Below are positions 49,931-63,314 of a stretch of 64,000 nucleotides of DNA, piece by piece; positions within the stretch are counted from its first letter, which is position 1; every line of letters begins with the position of its first letter. The stretch is from Raillietiella orientalis. Its lineage: Eukaryota. The notes beneath the pieces were generated by a model. That model saw nothing but the letters and a program-made list of their open reading frames with translations. It made no database searches and was not told the origin of the DNA. Where the stretch lies: contig JAYWIR010000009.1 of the NCBI GenBank assembly GCA_036172245.1, positions 1,116,001 through 1,180,000 on the forward strand, given 5' to 3'. Made by a program: the position numbers and the translations under genes.

Positions 49931-50270
49931 GTAGATGCTAAATTTCAAATAAAGAAGTTATAAAATTACAATAACATCGCCGAGTTAACCGGAAATGGCA
50001 CTTGATTTGTCTATAAGATATACAGTATTGATAATCAAGGTAATTTGCCTAAATTCTGTTAACTCGGATTATACTAAATACCAAAGTGGGATAATTTTGA
50101 AAAAGCAATCTACTTGAAAAGTTCTTATTACACGACAACAAATCTATTAAATTGCTCTCCATTTATAATTCTGATCCTCACATTACATTATAACCAATGA
50201 TTTCCTAAGCACCCGCTTACAGTAAAACATTTCCCAAAAAGCGGGGCAACCGACGTGCACTACGCATTTC

Positions 50271-50344
50271 CAACGCTTGTAAACAATAAATTCAAATCGG
50301 CTTTACGGATCTGCAACGCTTGTAAACAATAAACTCAAATCGGC
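50271..50344. repeat. 31-bp direct repeat (1 mismatch) upstream of SNU13, each copy containing GTAAACAA
   Basis: caacgcttgtaaacaataaattcaaatcggc (50271-50301) and caacgcttgtaaacaataaactcaaatcggc (50314-50344). Confidence 0.85.
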
Positions 50345-51399
50345 AATCTACCTCCACCGATCTTTCTGATTTTTCGTAAGAATAATTACACATAAAAGAT
50401 ACGATTAAAAAACAGTGATGAACAGAATTGGCTGCACAACTGTTCACACAAGTGCACGCCAACTTTTACCAACAAGTCACCGTGAAAGCTTCTCGACTTA
50501 AGAAAATAACATAGTCAAGTCATATCTAAAATTTATATTCCACTCCCAATACGATCATGTTTGGTACAGAAAAACGTTATACATACTTCAATTTTTTCGT
50601 GAAATAACAGCCTAAACTTCAGACTTTACGCTGCACCACACATGTGCAAGCCACTGATAGATTTGATAACAGGGTTCTCGACATAATAAGTAAACATAGC
50701 TCTCTATATGAAAATTTCCAACTGATAAAAATAAACAAAGAATATTTTCCAGTAAGACAATATTTTCTAATAAAAACTGAATGATATCTGTTTTGGAGTT
50801 AGCATCGGCAAGGCCAGTGGGTCTGTGGACCCCTTACTATAGTTGGGAAATAGCATACTATTCTCGGGCATGATGGTTAAAAGCTTTTAAAACAACGTTT
50901 CTGATGGAGGAGATGGACGTCTCATCTTCTCAATCTGCAATGTAGCATTTAACTCATGTACGAACGGGCACAGACATATTCATGGTGCATAAGTGGAAAC
51001 TGTGAAGCCCAGAATTCTTATGATTTCACACTTCCGTATCCATCATAAATTTTTGCTTTATTTTGTTCACACAAACTTCATCGCATAGCACTATACTGTT
51101 TGATGAAAAATTCATTCAGAGTTTATCGCAGAAAATTTAAACAAAAGTAAGAATTTTCATAAGACCAAATTGAATTCCAGATTAATAAATAATAATAATT
51201 CTATTTGAACATTTTTTCATATTTTCTTTTATCAAAGTCTGAAACCGATCCTTGAGATTTCAGTTTTCAAAGAAAATTAAGCAAAATTCATTCATCAGAA
51301 TCTCAATGTATATACGTTATCCAAAATCGCAGAATGAGTAAATACAAATAGAGGTGAGAGATAGGTCTAAGATAAACAACTAAAGAAAAAACAGCTGCT

Positions 51400-53000
51400 T
51401 CTCTTAATTAACCTATGTCACTGAGTCAGAATGATTAATGTGGTATGACCTAGAAAGACAACCTGAAAACATGGTCCGTGTTTCGCAAAAATTTCACATT
51501 AAATACAATAATTGAACGGACTGATAGAAAAGGATAAAGAAAATCCAGAAAGGAAAGAAAAGAATCAAGCGAATAAGAGGTTCATCATGGATTCGTACAC
51601 TTTGGGAAGTACCAGTGAACTCCAATATGAATGATTATTTCCATCTAAACTCTTACGACAAACTCCAAAGCATTCATTAAAGAACTAAGATCTGTTTTGT
51701 GTAGACATCAAAGCTATTTAAATTTCTAATGAGGTATCTCGATTCAAAATGAAAAAATTAGACAGAAAAAATCAGCAAAATAGTGCAAACACTAAAGTGG
51801 ATAAAATTCGAAAGTGAACTCTAAAGTAGATGCATATTAGAATGGTGCTCAATAGATACTTTTTCCATTCAAAGTAGAGTTCCTTAATACGAATCAGATT
51901 TTGCACATATTAATAATGTCTTGGAACGCGTAAACGTCAAAAATAGTTGCCAAAGCAGCCACATTTACCATGTTTGCAATTGAAGAGACCCATAATAAAA
52001 AATTCAGCTGGGACTCCTTCAAAATTTAAATGAACTCTGTTTAGGATTCATGTAGCAGCAAGTGCTCTACTGAATTTTACATCGTCGAAAGAAAATCGCA
52101 TTGATTATTCGTAATAGATTACTTGCAGCAAACAAGGGTAGCTTGTGGTTTCCTTGAATGTCCCATGAAACTATTGTAGCTTGAGTTCTATGATGCTCGT
52201 TCTACAATCTCAGAAACCATGTAGAAGTTTCGCAATAGCCTTCCTGAGAAACGGTCTCAGTTCGAGTCGTCTCATTTAGGAACCAGTTTTCTATCATGCC
52301 GATTGTCAGCAAACAAAATCAATCGATGAAACAGCCCAAATACTATAGTCGGTAATTGTAGCTGATTAGGGAAAACCAGAGATAATTATTCCTGAGCTTG
52401 GAAAGTAGTGAACGTAACAGGGATTGGTTTCAGCAAAGGTTTAAGGTTGTTACTGCAATGAACAATGCAATGACGAATGCAATGCGAATTCACTGATCCG
52501 TGAAATATTAGAGAAAATAGAAAAGCATCTTCTTGAATATCACGTACAACTCCTACTTTTCTTAGACACGACATTCCTTCTTTTCTTAGCTATGACACTG
52601 CATTTCTCAGCTATTCATCTCTTTCCACAGCTTCACCTCTATCATAAAAGGCTGTATAATTATCGCCTGAGGTGGGCATTTGCTCTCACAGAGAACTCGG
52701 TAACATCAAATGCCATATTATGTAAAGATTTTCTGTTTAATCTAAAGGACAGGGTCAGAGATGGTCTTATCAGCGAAATACTGTTGCATTGAGGCGTTCA
52801 TGGTTCATCACCCGAAATCCAGAAGATATTCGTAAGGCGATTTTGATACTCTATGCTATAGCACTTTTCAACCTACTCTTAGTAATTGAAAACTGCAATA
52901 CTTTGGAATATCAACTTTGTTTTTACTTTATCGTAGCAGAAGTTGCAAGCAATGTCGACTCAGCTGAAACCTGAACGAATGTTTGGGAGACAATCCTAAG
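51400..53000 (+). mobile_element. Possible ancient non-LTR RT remnant
   Basis: Weak ordered resemblance to FLDxxxAF (~52580), GVxQGS (GVHGS, ~52793) and YADD-like (~52930) motifs, with many stops. Confidence 0.2.
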
Positions 53001-56000
53001 AATGCTATTGTTCTAATCATATCAGGTTTTGGGTGATACCAGGTTGAGAACTCCGTTTCTCTTCATCTTGAAGACCCTCCACGTGGTGAATAGTATTCAT
53101 TTAGTTGAAAATTGAACCGCGATGCTCTTCGAAACTTCATGGTTGGAAGAGAGAAAATTCGAAAAGGTTTCAGAAACCAATAATTTTGAAGTGGCCTAGA
53201 AGTTCTGATGAGCAACATACATGAATTATCAAGGAATGAGAGGAAAAGGGAGCGAGAAATCTCACTTTCAATTTCGAGCTCCTTGTTGGCACTTTATTTT
53301 GAATTAATATGGGATCTGTTTCAATTCCAAACGATGAATCGATGAAACCTTTTCTAAACATAATGAGCTTGGAAACTCAAGTTTTCAAGAGGTAAAGCTT
53401 TCTTTCCATGTTCATTCCTAAAAATAGACTTAGCTGAATTCTTCTCTGACTTCAGAATGGATAGAAATGGATACAATTCAACGTGTGTGTGTATGTGTGT
53501 GTTTTTTTTACAGTTGCTTCTTTATGCAGGAACCGTTCACCTTTAGGCTTAGCTATGCTTCTTAGTTGAAGTTGCCTTTTTCCAAAATCTTTTGCCTCAC
53601 AAGTAATAAATCCGATTTTTGCATTCGTAAGTTTATAAGAGGAAAGGAATGAAAAGGTATTGTTCTTCAGTTGATATGCAAAACGTTTCACTATCCAAAA
53701 TGAAGCAAATGTCTCTGAAGATTGTGCTCAGACCAATTCACTACTAAAAATCCCTTGATGTATATTGTGCTCGGTGGTGATGCGTGAGGTTTCCATAATC
53801 GATGAGCAGAATATCTGATGACAGTACCTGAAAGAAAATGCGGATTCCGGAACTTCAGAGACAGAAATCCAAAATAACATTGAGCTCTCCATCTCGATCT
53901 ATGATATCCGCTTATGTTTGTGTTGCAAAATCTCACTATATATTCAAGAATTTGTCTTTATAGTAACTACTGAAAGTTTCATTTGATTTGTTAAGACATA
54001 GTTGGAGTTAGTTTCACGAATGTTACATGCAGAGTGATTCAGGGCTATCCCTTTTTAGGCGTTAATTTCTATTTCTAATAGGTAACCACATTAATTTATT
54101 TTGAGTAGTGTGGTTTTAAAAATTGCGTGTGATACGGTTGATCTCGTTATATTGTTTATGGAGCAGATACTGCACTATAGTGAATAATTATCAGCAATAA
54201 ATAATTTATAGGCGATTTTATTGTGGTTTTATTTATCTCATCATTCATAATCACTTAATTCAGTTTCCAATTGCTCATTCTGAAAGCTAATTTTGGAAAC
54301 ATTTTGTTCAATGGTTTCAAAATCAGATGTTCGTTAGGTGGCAACACTATCCACTTTTTGCTGTCGTGCTATGTATTGTGTTACGATGTATATTCTACAA
54401 ATCGGCATGAAAATGCTTATATCGCTGAAGGTAACTACCGTTTTCTTACTAGGATTCCAATTGCAACTTCCATAGATTTGATACGTTGAGGTGGCATAAG
54501 TTGCTTCGGTTTGTTTGGAACTAACCCTTTAGCTTGCGAAGATATAGGCACAGTATGTCGAGTTACTTTGTTTTACTAGTCTGGAATGGAAAGTTGAATC
54601 AATGAGAAACATGAAGCGTACATTCAATATATATAACATGCATCAGATGTGCCATGGAGGCTGATCTAGCAGAGATTTAAATTCACAAACTGTTTTTTTG
54701 AAAATAGGTGGATTGTTTTTCTTGGTATTCGTTATTCTTGTTTCCCATTGAATGATGTGCCGTCGCAAAATGAGTACCAGCTATTAAATAATAAATGAAG
54801 TTGTATGTTACTACAATGTGCCATATCATTTTTTATTATAACAGTGTTTAATATATTGTCTTTTAATACAAGTCGACAACTACTTGAGTACAGTTTCTGG
54901 GAGAAATTGGAGGTGTGATTGTGATTGAGGCGTACAAGTACAACAGCAGTTACTGCTCACCTTTTTTCTTTTTTATCTGTTTGCCATAATACGCATAATT
55001 TTCAAGAGAAAACTGAGGATTTTGGAAAATAAGTTGCACATGCATCATAGAATGTAGATAAAAAGTGTGGTGTAAATTCTTGTGGTTTGTCTCCGTGTTC
55101 AGCTCCGAACATTCTTATGCTTCTGTTTGCTTGCATGGTAAATATACAGAAATCACTGTTTGAGCTGTAATTTTCGTTTATTTTGATATTTACGCCACTA
55201 ATTCTAGAAAGTCATATGTGAGTTAAGGTTTTGATTTTTCTTGAACTTGTAACATGCTATAATTCACTAAGATATCACTAAGATTCTGTGATTGCTTGAA
55301 ATATTTTATTAAAGAAAACTATGCAAAGCGTGGGAATAATTGGTATTTTCAAAATTTGTTTGGTACTTTCAGATTTGATTCTGTTTTGAAATGACCTTTG
55401 CTTCATAAAATGTAGTTTCAATAATATGCAGTTATCTTATAGTTCTGTGTGTATATATACGTTATTACATACATCTTTATAGGTATTTGAATTTGTGTTG
55501 CTCATAAAATAATACTTACAGGTTATCTGATTTGGTAGCGTTGTACATTGTTTTCAAAATAGATAATTTCACATGAAATACTGTCAGCAGGGTAGTAATA
55601 TGCTTTCACTCGTGGTTTTGAAACATGACTTAAACTTCTAATTGAACAGGTGATATGTATTGGGTCTATGTATCTATGAAAAACCTTTAACAGTTTCAAA
55701 GTAGATGAGCACTTTCAGTGATTGGAAAGAGCCCATTTGAGTCATAACAATGTATGGACCAAGTTTTTGTATTTATTAGCGTAATTTAGATTAGACAATT
55801 GTTACATATCTAAATTACATAAAACCATATCAGTTTCTAACCTAATAATTTTATTTCACAAATCACAAAAGTTTCAAACTTTCTAAAGTGAATGTGGTAT
55901 AGCTTCAGTATGTGCTCATGTTTCCATCTCTGCATTTTCAGGTAATACTAAAATGCATGGTACTTCCCAAATGTTAACATACAGTATGTGATATGTGCCA

Positions 56001-57499
56001 AATTAAATTCCCTCCAAGACTCTTGGAGAGGAAGTACTTTCTTAATTTTAATAGGTAAGCATTTATATTTGGAACTTGAAAAACTGAAATATGCATTCAA
56101 GAATTTTGCATGCTATATAGGTTTCATAGAGTTAATTCTACGAGTTACTCTTATTTTTGAATTGCTTCAATTACAAGATATAGTCTTAAAAGTTTGTAGG
56201 TATTCATGAACCATGAAATAACTAGTATTCGATTGCTATTAAGCATACAAGACTGGAATTTCACAATTTGTTGCACTGTGCATATTATGTGACTAGGAGT
56301 TATGTACATGGGAATGTATGAAAATATGAATCCAATGCAATTGATAATTTAAATTCTTATGGTCTTGTGAATATCTTCAAAATCTTGCATGATTGTTGCA
56401 CTGGAAAATGATTTAAATTAAACTTTATTGTCCACTCCTTTCATTTTTATTAAAATTGATAGTAAAGTAACTTTACAGAGAAAAGCAAATAAATACCTAC
56501 ACTTCATTACCAGTTATGTATTTGCAGCTGTTGATTCATTACGATTTCTACATAACAGTATTCTCCTGATTAAAAAAAACTGCATTGTTTATATTAACTT
56601 TTATATAAACATGCAAGCATTCAAAAGCATTCATTTCAGACTTGTAATCTTTTCAGCAAATCTTAAATGAAATTAATTGAAATAGATGCATACTTCTTGT
56701 CTTTTACAATTTATAGTATCTTCTCTACAATTATGTTGGTTCCACATGTATGCTTAGTAAGTAAACTCATTTAGTGTTCTCTGAATAAAATAAATATGTT
56801 TATGATGTGTATGCTTTTGCAATTATTTGTCGTGCAATTTTTGTATTTGAAGTACCAGAATGGTAATTTCAGATGACGGAAATCTTTGAAATGCCAGATT
56901 TGTGTGTTGGATGAGCTCATGCATAAACTCAGGGTTTTACTGATTAAGTGCCAGCTTTAATTTGTAAAATGGTTTAGAGGCAGGTTTTTCTGTTCTGGAG
57001 ATGCACAATTTACTGTCTCTTAATATTAAAAAAAAAAAAAAATGATGCGATTATTTTCTAAGCAAAAAAAAACAGCGGTTTGAATTTTAGATTTCAAAAT
57101 TCGTTAATTCAGGGAGAAAGCCCTTATTTGGACTGTGAATAACTTATGGGTGATCATCATGTATGTATCACCTAAGCTGACATTAAGTAGGCAGCAAACA
57201 GATTTCTGTACTGCGTATATTGGAGTAATCCCAAACAGCTTACATTTACTTTTTGTTGAGAAATGTTAAAACGATTTTCTTTTTTTTGCACACAATTTAC
57301 ATTTGCAGCTGAACTTTTTCGGTGTTTTAGAAAATCTCGTCTCCCATAAAAATTGTCAGTTACTTTTTGACAGTAACTATGTGCATATGTAGGTAAAATT
57401 TAAACAGCCATGGGTTTTGAATTACGTGAAAATTTTTGATAAGAATGATTAATTTGAATCGATGTAACAAAAGTGTGATTGCATTTCGTTGGTGAGGAC

Positions 57500-58950
57500 G
57501 TGCGTAATACCCAAAGTTAAACCTTTTCTGATGAACTTGAAAAGAAGAGAAGCCCAATTTGAAAGCGAATCGGAAATTACTTCAGAAAAATGCATTGAAC
57601 AAGTAGTTAAAAGTGAAGAAAGGAGCCTCGACGATCGAGTAAACCGTCAGTGACTTTCACTGAATTCAGCAAACTGATGAAACCACAAACCGATGAGTGG
57701 AAGGATCAATAGCGATAGTGAAATAGAAAGTGAATTAGAAAAAAATATGGGCGCTCTCAAATGTCGTTTTTTTCAGCACACACGTTCTGGTTCCTCCTCT
57801 GTTTATACCACCCTTTTCTGTTAATGGTTTGAGCACAGCAATTGCACTTTTTCATGATATTTTTGAATAGTTATGGATGAGGCATCGAACGGTAATTCCA
57901 TTTTATGGAGTCATCGTATTGAAGTGTAATGGGCGCGTTTGGTTCGCGTCAGCTACGTGCACGAAGAATATGGCATGTAAAGGGGGTGTTGAACGTGGAG
58001 GGTGTTATGTGCATTGCTGCAATTGCAGTAATTCGAAGTTGTTTGTAATTACTCGAACATGGTTCCATGTCTGTATAACTGACGCCAAGTAAATGCACTT
58101 GAAAGTAGGTGTGCGTACTTCCGGGAACAACGAGGATGTGGGTCCGACTTGGAAATTTTTGCTCGAGGTCTGACGTGTTTGTTTGTTTTTCTTGTTTACC
58201 AAGCGATAAATGTTTACCATCCGCCGATCTACCTGAAGCGATGGGTTTTCGGTGATCACGTGCTGATTTCTGGAGAGGTCCACGTTATCAGCTTTCGTGA
58301 AAACACAGGAGCGCATGTTCATTGTGAGAAGTGGTCATCCGAGGGTCCGTAAGTACTTTCAAATGACCATTTCTCGCAGTTTCCATTCCCTTTGCGAATC
58401 CTTTGTGCTCTCTGATGCAATCCGTCGGTATTTTTCACATGAAGTGTGGTTCTGGAAGACAGCGTGTAGTGCACTCTGATTAAAAAGGGATGGTTCCCGT
58501 TTCTAACATTCAAGGTGAAAAACACGGAAGTATAGTTATGCGAATGGTGTGGGGATATTGAATTTTTGGAGGGTACTTGTTTTTACGGATGTGTGTTTGC
58601 AGCAGGAATCGAGGGATTCACATAAAATCTGCAATTGCTTGTAAAGTCGAAATGGGTGAAGGTTCGGGAAAATACCGCAATGTCCCACCTACTTCGATGG
58701 GGCATTTGGGTGTTTTCCCGAACAGGAATTTACGCCACATCGTGCACGATGAAATCATTTGGCTTTTCACGGTGGTCATCCCGCAAAACATACACAACTA
58801 CGAAACGTTTTAACAAGCTCGAAATTCGTGTGTCTTTTCATGAGCCATCCTTTTTTCGTTTCAAAATGAAATTCCTACATTACATTACATCAGGAATCCG
58901 CATTCTTGAGAGTCGAATAAAGTGTGTGCACTTGTGTTGAGGTGTGCACA
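57500..58950 (-). mobile_element. piggyBac-like transposase remnant(s)
   Basis: ENPSLQVDRRMV (~PxxxLxVDExMV) in ORF 58005-58322 and VHVADANQ (~GVDxADQ) near 57950. An acidic low-complexity stretch lies on the plus strand at 57530-57740. Confidence 0.4.
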
Positions 58951-60529
58951 CTTTACTCAACCATATTTTGTGAGTGCGGTGTGCAATGTCATTAGCACGT
59001 GCTGCTGATGAAAGTCATGTCTGAACTGCCAGCGTACCGTTATATCGAGGAGCAGTACAGGAACCATGTTTACAAAAGTGTGTATTCCTTTCTAATTTAT
59101 TATTAACTGAAACAGTGTATTTTGACATAAGTAGCAGATTGGGATACTGTCTGGTAATATGTATGTTTTTCAGCCAGGTTTCTTAGGTGAGATTTTAGAG
59201 ACTTGCATTTCTTGAAACTGTGTATGAATTCCTCTGCCACTTCTGAATGTTTTAAAGTTCTCACTTGCTTTACACCCACTTGTCCTCATTCGCTCAAGCT
59301 GTATTTTATAATTATAACGTTTCTGCAGAATCCTGTGGTTGGTGATTATCCATATGCTTCATGAGGATCTGTGACTGCAAGGACTTCACTCATTACCAGA
59401 ACTTCGGTTTCTTTTTTCATGGACAAGGCGAACGGTGTGTGCCAATTCGATTCACTTTTGTGCAAAATTGTCATTTTCCCCCAGCAACACACGTAGCATG
59501 ATCTGCAGCTAATAGTTATTCAAATAGTTATTCAGATTTTGGTTGCACTCAGACGTGTAATACTTTCCTTTAGTCCTCCAATTCAAATACATAGTTTAGG
59601 ATTTGTGGAAGCAGTAGCCCACAGTAACTTCCGTGTCCTTGACTTGTCCTGTTGAATTTTCATGTTTATTTCCGTGTATGTATGCATTTCTTGAGCTATA
59701 CAATTGAAAACATTCCAGGAATACATAATTGATACAATTTCAGCGTGTGATTTCCCGCTTTATCCGTTTTAAGCGTTTTTAACCATCATTTTCTTGAGTT
59801 CTGCTATGTTTTGTAAGAAAAAAATCTCTTCTAGTTTCAAGAGATGAAGACTTAATAAAGCATTGAGGTTGTATTTTTAAGCTTTCTGGTTTTCCACTGC
59901 GTTAATTTCTTACGTTTTTTCTATATTACATGTTTTACTTTTTGCTTTGCATTTTTGCCTGCGTTTTCCTCTGATCTCTCGGTTCCCTCCTTCCCCCCCC
60001 CCCCCCCTTCTCGTGTTCATGAAACGTCCTTAGCCGTTCTGCTTTGACAGATGGACATCCCGGAAGTACAGTGAGCTCCTCTCAACATAATTTACTTTGT
60101 AAGACATGGAACACATTTAATGTTGTGTCAGGTTTTTGATTGCCTTTTCTTCCTTCGCAAAGTAGCAGACTGGCACTTCTTGTGATTCATATCACTGGGT
60201 TTCCAAGTGTTGCCTGCTCGTGTTTGGAATAATCGTGGGCATCGTAAATAAACGAAACTGAAGGTGTCGACACGTTTCTATGAGCAGCGTTTTCCTTTTT
60301 GCCAAATCGTGAACAGTCAGAGTTTCTTTGAGAGACGTTTGCCGGTCAAGTATTGGATTCAGATGGGCAGAGAATTTCACAGCGAGATCATCTTGCACAA
60401 CTGACGAGGAAATTATGTTTGTCTGGAAGGGTCCCCAATTCTGAAACGAATTTTCAGAGGTAGGAATGGGCTTGAGAAATCCCATCGAGACTGAATGCGA
60501 ATTCAGACTGTCGTTCGTAATCTATAGTT

Positions 60530-60840
60530 TTTGCTTCGTAAACTCTATAGCGTTCTGCAGGCATCCGTGACAAAGTGCACACACTCTTTCGTGGTGCTTT
60601 TCCTGGCTGCAAGTTCCGTGTCCCGCTTCGAGCATCGGCTGGACCCGGGACGGCTGTTGCCAGTGCGGGGGCGATGCTACTCTTCTCAGATTATTCAAAG
60701 ATATCTCGGAGGAAAGCCGTCATATGGAAAAAATTGGCCACGTCGAAAAAAGGAATGGAGAAATCATATGGTCGAAGGACAAGGACGACTGTCGATTGCA
60801 GGAATGTTGGATGCAAAGATAGATCGGAGAATATTCTGAA
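60530..60840 (+). mobile_element. Possible Merlin/ISXO2-like transposase fragment
   Basis: RKKEWRNHMVEGQGRLSIAGMLD resembles KRKYxRGRxVEGxWVFGxxE. Confidence 0.25.
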
Positions 60841-61109
60841 GCAGGAATGGCGAACGTACTGATTCGAGTCCTTTTCCACCGTTGAAAAAGCTCGAACTTG
60901 AAGGAGTTGCGCATCGTTGAACCGGAAAGAGAATGGGATACATCTTTTCCTTTTTTTAAAAATAGGTAAAAAGTGTTACATACGGATGTCTGGAGTCTTG
61001 GTTAATTGTATGCGATTCGGAGGCAACTTTTTCGAACAGCAGATCTCGTACACTTTCCTGAATTGCATTTAATTTTGATTTCCTGCTCGGTTTTGTTAAC
61101 CGGTAATAA

Positions 61110-61144
<35 letters not shown>

Positions 61145-62199
61145 GGTGGTGCACGAAAACCAGAAGATACTCCGGAGTGATTAATTGTACACGTTTGTGC
61201 AACTGATTTATTCGATCTGCGTTTTCTTACTAAAATTTCTTTCATTGTGAGGTGCGATAACGTGGAACCTGAAGTAGGAATCGAAAATCCTAGAATCTCG
61301 GGAAGTGTGCTCCTATTTTCCTCAGCAAACCTAATGTGAAAATTCAGGATATGTGCAAAGAAGAAGAAAAGAGGGGGGGGGGGGGGGAGGGGAAAAAAAA
61401 GCGTGAGCTCGTCACGGCATTGCTTTTTCCGTCATCCAGTGATGACGAAAGCATTCTGGGATGCAGTCGGGAAGGCGAAGTCCCGGCTGGAAAATCGAGA
61501 ATTCGTTTCATTCGTTCCTGTTGAAGACACGTAATTTGTGGCAATTCCCTTCGCGATGCGCGCAGGGTGCTCTCCAAGAAATTCCGATTATGTGCACGGT
61601 CCACGTTGGTCGCGAGCACCCCGTGGTCTCATTACACGGATCCCGTTATTGTCTGGATGCCCCTGGAAAACTATCCTGCTTTCTTCGTCCAGCGTATGTA
61701 GCGAGGCATCCCCTGCATCGTCCTCGACGGTTTTCTTCCCGGTTGCTCCTCCTTCCCGGTTCGCTGATCAAACCGTTATTGCGACGTTCTTCCATGGCGC
61801 GGTGTTTGCAAGTCCACGAAGGGTGTCGTTCTTGCATGCGTCTTCGTGAATGCATTGCTTTGCGTGTGCTTTCATTATCATTCAAGAGGTACTGATTTGA
61901 GCGGCTCGTGTTTACGCGAATTCATTCGCTAACCAACGTGGTACTTGGCATGAGGAAAGAATTCTCAGTTAGGACGTACGAAGGTGGTGGGAGGAGACCT
62001 TTCGTTTCTAATTTTAGCTTCTTGATTCAGGAATGTACGGCAGAATGTAGTAGAGGCTTGATCATCATGATGTGGATGCCGTCACCAGCAGTTGCTTGTT
62101 TGTTCCGTTCACGATGATGATGCCTTCTGTTAGTGGATTTTGTGTTGTCGCGTTGCCTCAGGTCATGCCTGCGATTATGTGATCTATTCTGTGGGGTGG

Positions 62200-63070
62200 G
62201 AGGTGCCGCCCTGTTCTTATAATGCCGGTGACCGACGAATCCGAGGATTGCACACGAGGATTCGACACGAACGAAACTTCCGAAGTCTACTGTAAACACT
62301 GCGAAGGTATTCGGTTGGAATACGATGCCCTCACCTCTTCTGTTTTACTTGTCATTGCTCCTTGCCCGCATTTTGCGAATGTTGTCTGCCCTTTTTGTGT
62401 GTGTAGGTTGGGTGGTTGACGTTGCCGATGGTCACTGTGTGTTCGGGACCAGGGGGTCGTTTGTTCTCTCGCGGAGGGTGAATGTCGAGGGTTTTCAGGG
62501 GGAAGCCGTGCGCCTGTTGCTGGAAGTGTACCGAAAGGTCGCGCATAACAGCCATGGATCTGTACTCACGTAATTGTCCCGCAGATCGAGTTCCCTGTGC
62601 TCTCGGCGGATGATTGATGACATTGGTTTGATGGCGATGTAAAAGTAACCGAAGGAAGTCGTATCTTCTGCTTGCTGCTGCTTTTCTCATCCCGGCTGCT
62701 CTTTGTGGAGCTGTGTTCACGAGTGGTTTCAAATGAGTGCAAGAATGGTGAATTTGAGCACAGATAAGAAATTTCGCAACAGATTCCCAGAGGGTCCACA
62801 CTCTTACAAGAAGACCGTGTGCCAGTCATGCAGCATATGCATTAAAGTGCAGAATTCTCGAGTGAGGGCATAGCCTGGCGGAAAAGTACATCTGTTTTAC
62901 TTACGGAGACTTTTTCCGTTTTCCGTACAGGAAGATTATTGTCATTCAGATTGAATCCTGCGAGGGAAAATGTAGAAAAAAGTGACTTCCCGGATCCACG
63001 AGTCCAGATTTTTTGTTCGTTTTTTTGCATTCTTTTCGATCCAGATTGGATCCAGTTCTCTCGCATCCGA
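62200..63070 (-). mobile_element. piggyBac-like transposase C-terminal remnant
   Basis: GTRSAGQLREYRS (~GVDxADQLRxxY) followed by a decayed basic/Cys C-terminal-like segment. Confidence 0.35.
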
Positions 63071-63267
63071 GCATCATAGCTGGCAGCTTATTGGTTTCAC
63101 GGAACATACTCATTCAGATTGTGGATTTAAAATGAGTAACCATAGCAGATAGGTACCCTGATTAGATTGTAGCAGCTTTTCTTGTGCTGAAGTTATGGTA
63201 TTGCATATTGGTTTGAGACAGATTAATCGTAGCCGAGCGGAAATTTTTGATCTGTAATCTTTAGAGT

Positions 63268-63314
<47 letters not shown>

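Noticed and set aside
54600..54666. Box C/D snoRNA ending in CTGA
   Set aside because: The C box is non-canonical (ATGAGAA) and I could not identify an rRNA-complementary guide.
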